Shown here piece by piece: positions 9,089 to 16,663 of a stretch of 61,059 nt of DNA. The translations under genes were made by a program, and so were the position numbers. This DNA is from a virus: positions 1 through 61,059 of IMG/VR virus record IMGVR_UViG_3300023247_000001. One strand, given 5' to 3'. The notes under the pieces are model-generated. The model did no database searches. It was not told where the DNA came from and saw only the letters and a list, made by a program, of their open reading frames with translations. Position 1 is the stretch's first letter; the number at the start of each line of letters is the position of its first letter.

Positions 9089-9310
9089 TCAATGATCCAG
9101 CCATGCCCTCATAATCTTCGACAGGATAGCCTCGGCCTCTATTGGAGGGACATGAAAGTAATCCGTGAGGGTGAGGACGATCTTGTCTGGCTGCTCAAAT
9201 GATCGGCAGCATCTGCGCACGAATTCTATCAACTCGCACTTGTATCTGAAGAACTCGGGATCAGCATCGGCTAGCCGGACTTCATCGATAAACTCGTCAA
9301 GTGTGTTCAT
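9089..9310 (-). CDS. Hypothetical acidic protein
   Basis: 73-aa ORF. Confidence 0.5.
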   Translation of the reverse strand: MNTLDEFIDEVRLADADPEFFRYKCELIEFVRRCCRSFEQPDKIVLTLTDYFHVPPIEAEAILSKIMRAWLDH

Positions 9311-9316
9311 CTCTCC

Positions 9317-9661
9317 TCACTTTCCTTGGCACATCAGGCACTTGCAGCCCGGTGCGTGGGCTGGACGGGCATAGGAATCACGGTTGTCGGCAAGACTGAG
9401 GTTTTCTGGAGTCCTGCCAAGGGCGCGCTTGGGTCTGGTCTCGCGTGCCAGTTTCAGATCATTCGGCGGTGCGCCCATGGATACCCGTTCATGAAAGGTC
9501 TTCCCGCCTCGCTGGTGGCCCTCCGCTACCTCAACAGGACCCAGAGCAGACCAAAGCCCGTTGACGATCACCGCAGTCTGCGTCATTGATTCATTTTTGG
9601 CCCGTTTTTCAATCATTGCGGCCAGTTCATCGGGGAGGCGTATTGCAACTAGTTTGCTCAT
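9317..9661 (-). CDS. Ribbon-helix-helix (Arc/CopG-type) DNA-binding protein
   Basis: MSKLVAIRLPDELAAMIEKRAKNESMTQTAVIVNGL is a typical RHH N-terminus; internal ATG of ORF 9317..9727. Confidence 0.65.
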   Translation of the reverse strand: MSKLVAIRLPDELAAMIEKRAKNESMTQTAVIVNGLWSALGPVEVAEGHQRGGKTFHERVSMGAPPNDLKLARETRPKRALGRTPENLSLADNRDSYARPAHAPGCKCLMCQGK

Positions 9662-9670
9662 GGATGGAGT

Positions 9671-9711
9671 GTATAACGGACCGATGCGTATAACAAGAGA
9701 AATCGTATAAC
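9671..9711. promoter_or_regulatory. Three GTTATAC heptads at exact 17-bp spacing (candidate RHH operator)
   Basis: Plus-strand GTATAAC at 9671, 9688 and 9705; fills the gap between the terminase stop (9715) and the RHH start (9661). Confidence 0.55.
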
Positions 9712-9714
9712 GCT

Positions 9715-11445
9715 TCAGGACGCCCACGACGGCCTTGCACAGTCGGGGTGCATCCGGCGTATGCCCTCTTCAACCACGGTATCGCCGAGCGGTTTGCCGC
9801 AATAATCACAGAGGTCTTGGGGCGCAAGGGCAGCCATGGCGCGGTTGTAGGCGGTCAGAGCTGGAGCTTTGACGGGCGCGGTGACCGTAGGAGCAGGTCT
9901 GAAGCCGGGAGTCTTGGGATTTGGGTCCTGATCTCCACCAGTTTGCACCGCCGTGATGCCTTGGTAATACTCAAGCAGCCCGGCGCCGTTCTTCGCCACC
10001 TTGGCAAACGCCAGCATGATTGCCTCTGCCCGGTCAGGACTCTTGACCCCACGCTTCCGCATCGCTTCCTTGGACTCAATCTCCGTTTGGCCACGGCTGT
10101 TTGGCTTCCACCGGATGCTGGCAAGTTGGGAGATGGCTGTCTCGTCTGCGAGTCCTGATATGTCTCCGCTCTTCGCGCGCATCCGCAAGCCCCAGTACAG
10201 CTCAGCTTTCAGGTTCACGAACTGCTCTTTATCCGCCGGAGACTCGCCCACGTTGACTGCGTTCGATGGGAAACCAAGGTCCTGCAGATGCTTGTGGAGG
10301 TAGTAGCCGATGCCGGCCGAGTCAACGTTCAGGGTCCCGATTCTGTCTCCATACTTCCGGAGCGCGCTCACCAGTTCACCGCGGGGATCTGGATTGCCCC
10401 AGCCGACGATCTCAAGAATCTGGAAGCCACACCGCGCCACCATGACCGTCTCATCCTCGCCAGGACCAGCCACGTCGATTCCGATGCCCACCTTGCCCTC
10501 GTATGTCCGTGTGTCCCGTTGTGCGCGCTCTAGCCACGCCAAGGAGAGCAGGGCATCAGGACTCTGAGAGGGAAAGTCTCCCATGACGCGTGAATCCCAG
10601 CGGAAGTCGCCCGGCCCCCACTCCTCAAACCGCTCTTTGACCCACCGCCTGGTGGTCAGCCAAGGCATGACGTTCTGGTCAAGCTCTTCCTCGGTCAGGT
10701 CCATCAGATCGCGGCCGTTGGGGTCACCGAGCGTTACGGTGATCGGAGCTCCTTCTGAGTCCTGAGCCTCATATGAAAGCTTGATGCCTTTGAAGTTGGG
10801 CGTATCGAACGCGCTGATTGTGAACGGTTGGATGCTGGCCCGCTTGCTATGGAACTCGTCGTAGAATGCGCCGGATGAGATGGTGGGGTTGCCCAGCTTT
10901 AGGATGCGCACGTCGCCGCCGGCCCGAATGCCCTCAATCGCTTCGATGATCTTCGGGTCAACGCCGGGGGCCTCATCGATGATGATGAGCACGTGGTCGG
11001 CATGGAAGCCCTGGAACTTGACCCCCTCATCCTGCTGCTGGACGGTCGTCGTGAAGCCGAGTGCATAGCGCATCGGGTACTTGGTCTTATCAAACTCAAG
11101 TTTGGTGAGGTTTGCAGATGGGAAGGGATACTTGCTCTTGACGAGGGCTTTGTGGATTTCTCCCCACATCAGGACCTCAACCTGCTTTTTCGTCGGCGCC
11201 GTGGTCACCACGATGGCGTTCTCGTACCGGGCCAGCCACCAGAGGGTTATCTGTGCCGCGAGGAACGTCTTGCCTGAGCTATGGCAAGCCTTGACGTTCA
11301 CCTTGGCTTGGGGTTTGAGTAGGGCCTTGCAGATGTCTCGCTGTACGCTCCACAGGTCAGAACCCAGCCAGTGTAGTACAAACTTTATCGGGTCCGTGAG
11401 TGTATTACGGATTTTGGCCTTCTGTACTACAGTGAGCGGCTTCAT
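9715..11445 (-). CDS. Terminase large subunit
   Basis: Walker A CHSSGKT and Walker B IIIDEAPG, with a nuclease-type C-terminal half; ATGA-coupled to the small subunit; C-terminal CDYC...HPDC. Confidence 0.85.
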   Translation of the reverse strand: MKPLTVVQKAKIRNTLTDPIKFVLHWLGSDLWSVQRDICKALLKPQAKVNVKACHSSGKTFLAAQITLWWLARYENAIVVTTAPTKKQVEVLMWGEIHKALVKSKYPFPSANLTKLEFDKTKYPMRYALGFTTTVQQQDEGVKFQGFHADHVLIIIDEAPGVDPKIIEAIEGIRAGGDVRILKLGNPTISSGAFYDEFHSKRASIQPFTISAFDTPNFKGIKLSYEAQDSEGAPITVTLGDPNGRDLMDLTEEELDQNVMPWLTTRRWVKERFEEWGPGDFRWDSRVMGDFPSQSPDALLSLAWLERAQRDTRTYEGKVGIGIDVAGPGEDETVMVARCGFQILEIVGWGNPDPRGELVSALRKYGDRIGTLNVDSAGIGYYLHKHLQDLGFPSNAVNVGESPADKEQFVNLKAELYWGLRMRAKSGDISGLADETAISQLASIRWKPNSRGQTEIESKEAMRKRGVKSPDRAEAIMLAFAKVAKNGAGLLEYYQGITAVQTGGDQDPNPKTPGFRPAPTVTAPVKAPALTAYNRAMAALAPQDLCDYCGKPLGDTVVEEGIRRMHPDCARPSWAS

Positions 11446-11873
11446 TCTCCCTTGAGGATACTATCGAGCACGCTCACTTGCACTGGATTGTCTTTGTCGC
11501 CGGCCAGCGTGGTGCGGTCGCCGAACTTCTTCGGCTTGGTGCCCTTCAGCAAGAAGATCAGCAGCGTGTCGCTGTACTCCTGAACGTAGCCCACGCGCTT
11601 CCCGCCTTGAAACACCGGCTTCTTGACGCCATCATGCGCCCGGCGAACAGCTTCTTCCTCAAGCAAATCGGCCGCAATCTCCAGCGCCTTATCCCAATCG
11701 GCCTTGAATTCCTCGTCTTCGTCCCGCCAGTCATAAGCGGTCATTCGCCCCAGTCTGCTCAATTTGCATGCTTTAGTGACATTTCCAGTCACTTTCAAGG
11801 CGTCAAGGAACCGCGCGCGTTTTAATGGAGTCCGATTCGTTCTCGGCGGGCGCCCTTTTACGAGGTTTGCCAT
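11442..11873 (-). CDS. Terminase small subunit
   Basis: 143 aa; N-terminal HTH-like RFLDALKVTGNVTKACKLSRLGRMTAYDW; lies directly upstream of the large subunit. Confidence 0.7.
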   Translation of the reverse strand: MANLVKGRPPRTNRTPLKRARFLDALKVTGNVTKACKLSRLGRMTAYDWRDEDEEFKADWDKALEIAADLLEEEAVRRAHDGVKKPVFQGGKRVGYVQEYSDTLLIFLLKGTKPKKFGDRTTLAGDKDNPVQVSVLDSILKGE

Positions 11874-11886
11874 GAGTTTATTAAAC

Positions 11887-12144
11887 CTATATCCACTTGG
11901 TTTTTCTGTCGTGTTCTTTTACGGGAGGCTTCTTTTCTTCTGCACGCCGAAGACAGACACGGCACACATCGTCAATTTCTCTGGTGTTGCGGAAAATCGA
12001 GTATCCGTGGCCGTCAGACCGATTCCACCCTCTCGCGCACATTGGATTTCCCACGTTGTTGAATGTGCCGCGATAGAGATGAGGAACGGCCTTGTCTTCG
12101 TTGCGATCCTGCCCGATCACGTATTCTCTGCGAGCAATCCTCAC
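11887..12144 (-). CDS. Hypothetical Cys-containing protein
   Basis: 85 aa; GTG start preceded by GGAGG. Confidence 0.5.
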   Translation of the reverse strand: MRIARREYVIGQDRNEDKAVPHLYRGTFNNVGNPMCARGWNRSDGHGYSIFRNTREIDDVCRVCLRRAEEKKPPVKEHDRKTKWI

Positions 12145-12340
12145 GTATGCCTCCGGCGGCTACGCCGCCCGCTTCGCCGGCAGGATCAGGACACGCTCCG
12201 AACGCAAGGCCAAGCCACGCTCACACACCAAGAGGTGTACGAAGAGCTGTACTCGGGGCTTGGGGAGTGTCTTTTGGGTCCTGTCGGCCATTGGATTTAC
12301 CACCATGACGGGATTATAAAGCATCTTGTGTCCTGATTTC

Positions 12341-12591
12341 CCATGAAACACGAACGCCCCACCGGAGTGAGGCGCCGCGCGCTGGATTCTGTTCCCAAGT
12401 TCCAGCAACTCGGACGGTGTTTAGGCCGCCATTTGAAGAGCAACCGCGGGACGGGCCGGGAAGGCCAGGACCTTGGCGTTCTTCGCGCTGTCAGTGTTCT
12501 TGGCAGTTTTCTGCTTGATTCTCGTTACGGTGAGCATCAATCCCGGCACGAAACTGTAGTCTGCTGATCCCGTCGAAACCGTGACGAGCCC
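12341..12591 (-). ncRNA. ssrA: tmRNA coding piece of a permuted two-piece ssrA gene (3' boundary approximate)
   Basis: 5' end GGGCTCG-TCACGGTTTCGACGGGAT is the canonical tmRNA 5' tRNA-like-domain (TLD) half. A tag frame follows. The 3' part GGGGCGTTCGTGTT can pair with the 5' end of the acceptor piece. Confidence 0.7.
12421..12504 (-). other. tmRNA tag-like reading frame (resume codon uncertain)
   Basis: Frame GCC AAG AAC ACT GAC ... GTT GCT CTT CAA ATG GCG GCC TAA gives AKNTDSAKNAKVLAFPARPAVALQMAA followed by a stop. Confidence 0.5.
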
Positions 12592-12656
12592 ACCAAAGCC
12601 CCAATCGATTTACGCTCCCCGTCGTTCAAAAGAACTCTGATGCAACGAAGGGGCTT
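12592..12656 (-). other. Intervening segment of the permuted pre-tmRNA
   Basis: 65 nt between the CCA end and the mature 5' end; its flanks (CCACCAAAGCCCC / GGGGCTTTGGTGG) extend the acceptor stem to about 18 bp. Confidence 0.6.
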
Positions 12657-12750
12657 TGGTGGACCCGGCGGGAGTCGAACCCGCGTCCGAAATCATCTTT
12701 CTACAGCGTTGACGTGCGTACTCTTGGGGCTTCACGGTGTTCTGTGGAGC
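12657..12750 (-). ncRNA. ssrA: tmRNA acceptor piece (5' boundary approximate)
   Basis: ...CTGTAGAAAGATGATTTCGGACGCGGGTTCGACTCCCGCCGGGTCCACCA: T-arm GCGGG/CCCGC, acceptor 3' strand CGGGTCC, discriminator A, encoded CCA ending at 12657. Confidence 0.8.
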
Positions 12751-12807
12751 GCCTCCACCATCACGTCAAAAGAGGACGTGAACTCAATGTTGATAAATGT
12801 ACCACGG

Positions 12808-13314
12808 TTATCGCGTTGCTTCAAATAAAAACCACGCGCGCCGCTCCGCCTCGTCAATCCACACCTCAATCATCGCGGTTGAGGCGTAGTCGTCGGCCAG
12901 GGCGCAGACTGTATGGGCGCTGCGCAGTTGGGCGATAAGAGTCCTGTTGTCGGCAAGAAGCTCCTTGAGCATCATCTCTGGCGCCGGGCCGGGCTCGTCT
13001 GAGTCCTGAATCCGCTGCAAACGGGCAATCTGACCAATCGACCGAATCGTGGTCCCGCCGATCTTGCGCACCCGCTCCGCAATGTCGTCCGTGATGCCGT
13101 AGATTTGCGTGGCTTGCTCGTCCAGAAGCAGGTGCCAGTCGCGGAAGTGCGGGCCGGTCATGTGCCAGTGGAAGTTCTTTGTCTTCAGGTACAAAGCGAA
13201 GCAGTCGGCCAGAAGAGCGTTCAGCGATTCGGAGAGCTTATCAACGTTCGCAGGACTGAAACCGTCTGCAACGTCTGAGCCTTGATAATCTCCGGTGGAG
13301 AATGGGAAGTCCAT
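12808..13314 (-). CDS. dps: Dps (DNA-binding ferritin-like protein)
   Basis: LKTKNFHWHMTGPHFRDWHLLLDE...DDIAERVRKIGG...WIDEAERRAWFL match Dps family hallmarks; ATG at 13314 with GAGG upstream (GTG at 13323 is also possible). Confidence 0.9.
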   Translation of the reverse strand: MDFPFSTGDYQGSDVADGFSPANVDKLSESLNALLADCFALYLKTKNFHWHMTGPHFRDWHLLLDEQATQIYGITDDIAERVRKIGGTTIRSIGQIARLQRIQDSDEPGPAPEMMLKELLADNRTLIAQLRSAHTVCALADDYASTAMIEVWIDEAERRAWFLFEATR

Positions 13315-13360
13315 GGTGGTCACCTCGGAGACATTGTAGGCGTTTTGGGTCCTGATGCAA

Positions 13361-13391
13361 CAGAAAACCCCCGGCTGGTTGGCTCGGGGGT
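13361..13391 (-). terminator. Terminator-like hairpin in the dps leader
   Basis: Minus strand ACCCCCG-11 nt-CGGGGGT followed by TTTTCTGTT; lies between the candidate promoter (13487-13495) and the dps start. Confidence 0.5.
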
Positions 13392-13486
13392 CTGTGTGAT
13401 TTATGCGGTCGGATCAGGTCTGACTGTCGAGGAAAGAGGCTGATGAGTGGTAAGAGGTTCGCAACTCCTCCGACCGCTTGAATAAA

Positions 13487-13495
13487 TTCTACCAT
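13487..13495 (-). promoter_or_regulatory. Extended -10 promoter candidate for dps-ssrA
   Basis: Minus strand TGGTAGAAT; no good -35. Confidence 0.4.
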
Positions 13496-13502
13496 ACATT
13501 TT

Positions 13503-13532
13503 TGACATTTACGGCAAGAGTGTGCAATTATT
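13503..13532 (+). promoter_or_regulatory. Candidate rightward early promoter
   Basis: TTGACA (13503-13508), 18-nt spacer, TGcAATTAT; lies at the divergence point of the two arms. Confidence 0.35.
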
Positions 13533-13884
13533 CAATCGTCGAGGGAATCGCAGGCTTATGAAAATGACCCCGAAAAATTCGGACCGTTCAATTTCATGGC
13601 ATTCTTGCGCCTCGGCTGCGCTCTCGCATGGTGACTTCATCCCGAGAGTTGGCGCCGCATACAGGATGAGACCGATTCATTCCGCCAAGACATGCAAAAC
13701 AAGAGGGTCTCAAGACTTTCTCTGAGGATGACGCTCAGAGAGATTGATGAGTCCTGAATCTGGCTCATTCGATCACGGCCAAACCAATGTGGGGCCAGGT
13801 TTCGAGATGTTTCAGATACTTCTCTTGTTTGAACAGTTGAGACCGTTGGCCGGAAGAACCGGGTAACCCACTAGGGAGAGGTTT

Positions 13885-14217
13885 ATGCCAAGAATACTAA
13901 ACAGAGAATCTTTGCCTGCGAATGAGAGGCTTGATAAAGCTTCTCTGCGGATGATTGACCACCTAACCCGTAAGTTCCTCAACAGTGCCCAGCGCAATCA
14001 CGCGAAACTTTGGGCCATGGACGCAGCTCATGCTGCCTTTGAACTGCATCCTGAGTTGCGCGAAGAGGGCTCACTGTTGCGGTATTTCGTCGCCAAAGAG
14101 GGGCGAAAGAATGGGCTACGCGGCGCGGCCTTGACCACGTTTGTCGAGAGTGAATTCAGCGCGGGAACTTGGTGGCATCTGGTTCCCGAATCAGTTTTGA
14201 AAGGGGAATCGAAGTGA
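13885..14217 (+). CDS. Hypothetical protein
   Basis: 110 aa; GGGAGAGG upstream of the ATG. Confidence 0.55.
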   Translation: MPRILNRESLPANERLDKASLRMIDHLTRKFLNSAQRNHAKLWAMDAAHAAFELHPELREEGSLLRYFVAKEGRKNGLRGAALTTFVESEFSAGTWWHLVPESVLKGESK

Positions 14218-14333
14218 ATGATCTTGCATTGAACATCAGGACCATGAGTGGTATTATTTTTTGTGTCCTGCGAAGCATTGGTTTCGCTCAACCTCAACAT
14301 CTAACCACCTCGGCTCCGGCCGCGTGAGGATTT

Positions 14334-15074
14334 ATGAACACTTCCGCATCAAACCAACATCTCATCAGCGTCCTAGACAAACTCTTCCCAACCTTTGAGC
14401 GCCTAAACGTAGAGCATCACGCCTACATGCAAGCGCAGAGTTACGTCTATGTGTTTCTTGTTGATTCAAAATATCTGAAGATTGGAACCTCACAGTCACC
14501 TTCCGGGCGGCTTCGTCAACTTCACTCCCCTGACGATCATCTCCCCCTCTCGCAGCACAACACAGAGATATTGTTCATGTTTCCTGTGCCAGGAAAGATC
14601 GCTCGCAGCGTCGAGCGCGACCTCTTGCACAGCAGGGAACTGCGCGGTAAGAAACTTACGAGCCGCATATTCACTGAGTGGTTTTCTGTCGAAGGGATAA
14701 CCAGAGCGGGCATAGAAACGCTACAGTTCTGCCTTCATGAGGATTGGTGCGCATCGCTAGAAACTCATGTTCGCGGATGGATGTATTGGGATGCCCCCAA
14801 CTCGCCAGGAATGGTCAAATTATTACACCTATCAGAGGATGTGGTATTGGCCTCCAAGGTGGTTTTTTGTCGGCGAGTGTATCTCGGATTGCGCACATCA
14901 GGGTGGATTGACTCCAATGGGCATCATTGCAACTTGGACCATCTAGGCTTCGAAGTGCAGGCATGGAACTTCGAAAAAGGCCAATTCATTCCAAAGTATC
15001 CAGCCAACATCAACAGTCTCACTCCAAAGGTTGCCGGTTTGGGTCCTGACGGGCAAGGGGAGTTCTTCGAATGA
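14334..15074 (+). CDS. T5orf172 / MUG113 (GIY-YIG-like) domain protein
   Basis: YVYVFLVDSKYLKIGTSQSPSGRLRQL...ERDLLHS...EWFSV fits the T5orf172 pattern. Confidence 0.6.
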   Translation: MNTSASNQHLISVLDKLFPTFERLNVEHHAYMQAQSYVYVFLVDSKYLKIGTSQSPSGRLRQLHSPDDHLPLSQHNTEILFMFPVPGKIARSVERDLLHSRELRGKKLTSRIFTEWFSVEGITRAGIETLQFCLHEDWCASLETHVRGWMYWDAPNSPGMVKLLHLSEDVVLASKVVFCRRVYLGLRTSGWIDSNGHHCNLDHLGFEVQAWNFEKGQFIPKYPANINSLTPKVAGLGPDGQGEFFE

Positions 15075-15841
15075 GCAGAATGGTTTGCCAGTTCTCATGC
15101 GGTGCAGCATCGGCGGTCGCAACAAAGCTGATTCTTGCGGCTTATGCGCCCGATGAAGTTCTGATCGTCAACGCCTTCATCAAAGAAGAGCATCCTGATA
15201 ATCGCCGCTTCTTTGCCGACTGCGAGAGGTGGTTTGCGCATCCCGTCATTGTCCTGAAAGATGAGAAATATGGTGCATCTACCCATGAGGTTTGGAAACG
15301 TAAGCGATTCATGAAGGGGTTACGCGGTGCGCCGTGCTCGCTTATTCTCAAGCGCCAATTGCTAGCCACCGTAGCGCAACCTGGAGATGTGAACGTTTTG
15401 GGTTTTACACGCGAGGAGTGGGACCGATTCGATTCTCTTTGCGAACGATTTCCCGATGAGAAATTCCGTGCTCCATTGATCGAAAAAGATCTAGGTAAGG
15501 ACGACTGTTTGGCTATGGTCGAGCGCGCTGGCATACAACTTCCGATGATGTACCGCATGGGATACGACAACGCAAATTGCATCGGGTGCCCGAAAGGCGG
15601 ACAAGCATACTGGCAGAACATCCGCGAGGACTTTCCACAAGATTTTGTGCAGATAAAGATGATCCAACAGGCCATAGGCCCCGGTGCCAACTTTCTACGG
15701 TTCCGGTCTGGCCCGCGCAACGGCGAGCGGATGAGCCTTGCAGAGTTGCCCGCTGGACGTGGAGACATGAATCGGGAACCGAGTTTCTCATGCTCCTTCT
15801 TCTGCCAACTGGCCGAGCAGGAAATCGAACGGGGCGAGTAA
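15071..15841 (+). CDS. PAPS reductase-like (PP-loop ATPase superfamily) protein
   Basis: N-terminal FSCGAASAVATKL loop and C-terminal Cys pair CIGCPKGG; ATGA-coupled to the T5orf172 gene. Confidence 0.6.
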   Translation: MSRMVCQFSCGAASAVATKLILAAYAPDEVLIVNAFIKEEHPDNRRFFADCERWFAHPVIVLKDEKYGASTHEVWKRKRFMKGLRGAPCSLILKRQLLATVAQPGDVNVLGFTREEWDRFDSLCERFPDEKFRAPLIEKDLGKDDCLAMVERAGIQLPMMYRMGYDNANCIGCPKGGQAYWQNIREDFPQDFVQIKMIQQAIGPGANFLRFRSGPRNGERMSLAELPAGRGDMNREPSFSCSFFCQLAEQEIERGE

Positions 15842-15850
15842 ACTTTCCGC

Positions 15851-15880
15851 TTGACACGCTCACAACCGTTCGGTTACAGT
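15851..15880 (+). promoter_or_regulatory. Candidate promoter upstream of the HTH gene
   Basis: TTGACA (15851-15856), 18-nt spacer, TACAGT; the -10 is weak. Confidence 0.3.
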
Positions 15881-15887
15881 TGCGGTT

Positions 15888-16106
15888 ATGAGGAAATACG
15901 ACAAAGACGACGTGATGCAGGACCTTCGTGACCTCATTGCAAAGTCCAACCAAAGCAAAGTGGCAGCAGGACTCGGATACACGCCCCAGTACATCTCTCA
16001 GGTCCTGAAGGGCAAGAAGGCGCTGACGGCCGATCTGGCCTTGCGCGTGGGATTTATCCAACTGCCCGATGCTTACGTGCGGGCACCGAAAGGAAAGGTG
16101 AAGTAG
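15888..16106 (+). CDS. HTH (Cro/CI-type) DNA-binding protein
   Basis: 72 aa; SKVAAGLGYTPQYISQVLKGKK is a typical HTH. Confidence 0.65.
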   Translation: MRKYDKDDVMQDLRDLIAKSNQSKVAAGLGYTPQYISQVLKGKKALTADLALRVGFIQLPDAYVRAPKGKVK

Positions 16107-16663
16107 TGGAAACTCTGCGAATCACCAAAGCAGACTTGAACGAGCGTAACGAATACACACGCTCACGCGACCTTGAATTCGAAGGCCACATCGAAGTTGA
16201 GGCATCGCTCGGATGGGTAGTTGTGCTCGGCTTCATTCGCGCTGGCGGCCGCTTGGGCATCGAGGCTGGCTCGGGCATCAAGGCTGGCTCGGGCATCAAG
16301 GCTGGCTGGGGCATCGAGGCTGGCTTGGGCATCGAGGCTGGCTCGGGCATCAAGGCTGGCTGGGGCATCGAGGCTGGCTGGGGCATCGAGGCTGGCTTGG
16401 GCATCGAGGCTGGCTGGGGCATCGAGGCTGGCTTGGGCATCGAGGCTGGCTGGGGCATCAAGGCTGGCTGGGGCATCAAGGCTGGCTTTTGGATTCACTG
16501 CAAACTCTCAATTTCGGTTAAACTGCGCATCTTTTCTGGCCTCTGCATGTGGCGTCTACCGCGTCCCGAAGAGCAGGAGATTGTTTGCGCCGAGCTGAAG
16601 TCTGGAACCGTGGCTTTCGGGACTCTGAAACTCTTGGAAGCGCCGAAGAAAGAAGGCAAGTAG
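16106..16663 (+). CDS. Hexapeptide-repeat (beta-helix-like) protein of unknown function
   Basis: 185 aa; 13 consecutive G-I-(E/K)-A-G-(W/S/L/F) units; GTG start overlaps the upstream TAG. Confidence 0.6.
   Translation: METLRITKADLNERNEYTRSRDLEFEGHIEVEASLGWVVVLGFIRAGGRLGIEAGSGIKAGSGIKAGWGIEAGLGIEAGSGIKAGWGIEAGWGIEAGLGIEAGWGIEAGLGIEAGWGIKAGWGIKAGFWIHCKLSISVKLRIFSGLCMWRLPRPEEQEIVCAELKSGTVAFGTLKLLEAPKKEGK
16256..16489. repeat. 13 x 18-bp near-perfect tandem repeat (in frame)
   Basis: GGCATC(G/A)AGGCTGGCT(C/G/T)G; only 2 of 18 positions vary, apart from the terminal unit, which ends TTT; all six frames stay open across it. Confidence 0.95.

Noticed and set aside
12160-12408. 82-aa minus-strand ORF
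   Set aside because: Its 5' part overlaps the proposed tmRNA coding piece. It has no RBS and low-complexity Arg/Leu-rich sequence. A shorter real gene within it cannot be excluded.
12657-12750. tmRNA 3' end as a simple attP core for integration into host ssrA
   Set aside because: The canonical tmRNA 5' tRNA-like-domain half (GGGCTCG-TCACGGTTTCGACGGGAT), P2-complementary strands and a tag-like frame lie 65 nt downstream on the same strand. The flanks form an extended acceptor stem, and no integrase is present. A complete permuted gene explains more of the sequence than an attP fragment does.
13522-13725. 67-aa plus-strand ORF downstream of the candidate early promoter
   Set aside because: It has Ser/Arg-rich composition, a weak and distant RBS and no coupling to neighbours. 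The region may instead be an untranslated leader.
16256-16489. CRISPR-like array
   Set aside because: The repeats are contiguous 18-mers with no spacers, and they lie in frame within a gene.
16054-16598. Additional ORFs across the 18-bp repeat: 16054..16479 (-), 16163..16498 (-), 16213..16521 (+) and 16221..16598 (+)
   Set aside because: These are artefacts of a stop-free tandem repeat that is open in all six frames. Only the 16106..16663 frame has an RBS, operon coupling and non-repeat flanking domains.
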